DNA of 53,646 nt from Bigelowiella natans CCMP2755 (Eukaryota > Protista > Cercozoa), in contig ADNK01002860.1 in assembly GCA_000320545.1 (NCBI GenBank), positions 1 through 53,646 of the forward strand. The letters are read 5' to 3'. This document shows, piece by piece, positions 52,119-53,646 of this stretch. How positions within the stretch are numbered: the first letter of the stretch is position 1; each line of letters begins with the position of its first letter. The translations under genes were made by a program, and so were the position numbers. The notes under the pieces were generated by a model. It made no database searches and was not told where the DNA came from. It worked only from the letters and a program-made list of their open reading frames with translations.

Positions 52119-53646
52119 ATGGCGGATCGAAGGGAAGCGGGTTTAACTCCTCTCCCCTCCAGTTTTCTCCATAGTCTGTATGGTTCCCGCCATCGACCTT
52201 CCTCTTCAACGTCACGGGCAAAGCTGCTTCTCCTTTCTCTAATGTTCACGACATTTCTTGCGATCGCTTCGAATGTTGGTGTCGCATATTTTTCCTCTTC
52301 TCCTGCTCCGCTATCCAGAGGTGAGAAGGGGTTTTAGTCTGTCAGATCCTTCGCTTTGTCTCTTTTGTTGAAATGCGTTGACCTTTCCAACACGCCTTTG
52401 AGTCAAGAATGATTTATTTGTTAAAAAAGTAGCGGAACGAATGTCGCAAGCTCGAAGCAAGACAATGCACAGAAGGGTTCATAACCAGGAGCGCTTTAAG
52501 TCGGCAGCGTCGCCGCCAATATTCTCACTCTCACAGCAGGGTGAGAACGGAAAACGTCAGCGCAGGATCCAAGACAAGGAAATAATATCTATATTCGAGG
52601 ACCGAAGAGATGGTGGCCTTGTGGAGATGAGTACGTTAACCGAGATTAAAGACCCAACCGCTCGTTCTCTAGAGCAGCGGCAAAAGAAAAAGGAGCAAAA
52701 CTTCTACCTGAACAAAGGATACCTTAGGTAACATTCGTTTTCTTAAGCGAGTTATGTCACTGGTATGGCCAGGCAAGCCGGTTCGTGAGTCGATGAATAT
52801 ACGTATATTAGGCGTGTGATAGCGGAGGACCTGCCGCTTATTTTCGAGCAAAAACCTCGTATTGAAGTCTTCAGAGAAGATGTCGTATTAAAGCTGGAAT
52901 CGAATAGTCTGAATCTTAGAACAAAGGTATAGGTCAATCCCCCTATCGTCAAATCGTTTCATATATCAAGTGTAATAAATTCGCTCATCATGCGCAACCA
53001 GATCAACCCTCATCGTCTTTCATCTTTCGCCTCCCCACCAATTGACTTTCCCTCCTCTTCGCACGAATTCACGTTGTTCCTACTACCATCCAGTTTGAAG
53101 GGAAGTCGCAGCTGAAGTCGTTCTACGAGTACCTTCGCTGGGCCCGTCAGATCGGCCTCGGAAAGGTCTACATCTCCGTCAGACTGACCCCTGAGTACGA
53201 CCCCAAGAGCAAATACGTCAGTGCAAAGTGCCAGGCCAGGATATCTCCTCGGTTCTCTACTAGAGAGCCGCTTTCCGTATCGTTCAATGCAGGGTATCAG
53301 CTCGATAATGACGGGATGGTGCGACAAATCACGATTTCCGACCTCACGGACCCCCCTCTCCGCATACTTCCGCAGTTTGTCCAGTCATTAATGGACCCTG
53401 CAAGAGGCATCATTGGCGCTGGCAACGCACTAGGACTGCCCTCCCCCCAGACGGGTAGAATGGTGTTCGCTGATGGTTTGGGAAGTAGCCGTAGGGCCGC
53501 AACAACAACAGCAACAACTACCACTACTGCTACTCCGAAAAAGCGCTTGGTGAGTAGAAGCGCCCTAGTGCGCTCTTCGAGCAGTTCTTCCTCCTCTTCT
53601 CCCTCCCTCTCCACCTCCTCCTCCTCCTCCCCGCCTCAACGACAGG
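52119..53646 (+). CDS. DUF2358 / NTF2(SnoaL)-like protein with bipartite plastid-type leader; 3' end outside window
   Basis: Exons 52119-52320, 52433-52727, 52812-52926, 53094-end are in frame: FYLNKGYLRRVIAEDLPLIFEQKPRIEVFREDVVL...FEGKSQLKSFYEYLRW...YQLDNDGMVRQITISDL. This resembles, from memory, the plant/algal DUF2358 pattern. Hydrophobic signal LLLLSLMFTTFLAIA. Confidence 0.75.

Overview
Intron-rich eukaryotic nuclear DNA. Three genes encode signal-peptide plus Ser/Arg-rich transit-like leaders, pointing to a secondary-plastid alga, most likely a chlorarachniophyte (inference). About 13 genes could be assembled by hand from GT-AG exons: a ~15 kb FUSC/ArAE/ALMT-type transporter (-), a small plastid single-TM protein (+), a weak hypothetical gene (-), a plastid-targeted cyclophilin (+), a 2-TM large-loop membrane protein (+), a tyrosine-kinase-type protein with two C-terminal TM helices (+), an ankyrin protein (-), a small CGGC-motif protein (+), a SAM/coiled-coil/Kelch protein (-), eIF4A with an intronless CDS (+), a ZNF706-like C2H2 protein (-), a possible degenerate adenine-methyltransferase-fold protein (+) and a DUF2358-like protein (+, runs off the window). 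Most short ORFs in the track are microsatellite artefacts. The strongest unexplained signal is compositional. All 8 intergenic intervals that contain a gene 3' end are depleted of TpA, strongly in 4 and partially in 4. CpG is retained, TG/CA are enriched, and surviving TpA sits mostly in CTAG. The 5 divergent promoter intervals and the introns are TpA-rich. Repeat-copy comparisons suggest TA->TG/CA transitions, i.e. a targeted 'reverse-RIP'-like T>C/A>G mutational or base-modification process acting on termination zones and transposon relics. All counts and gene models are manual.
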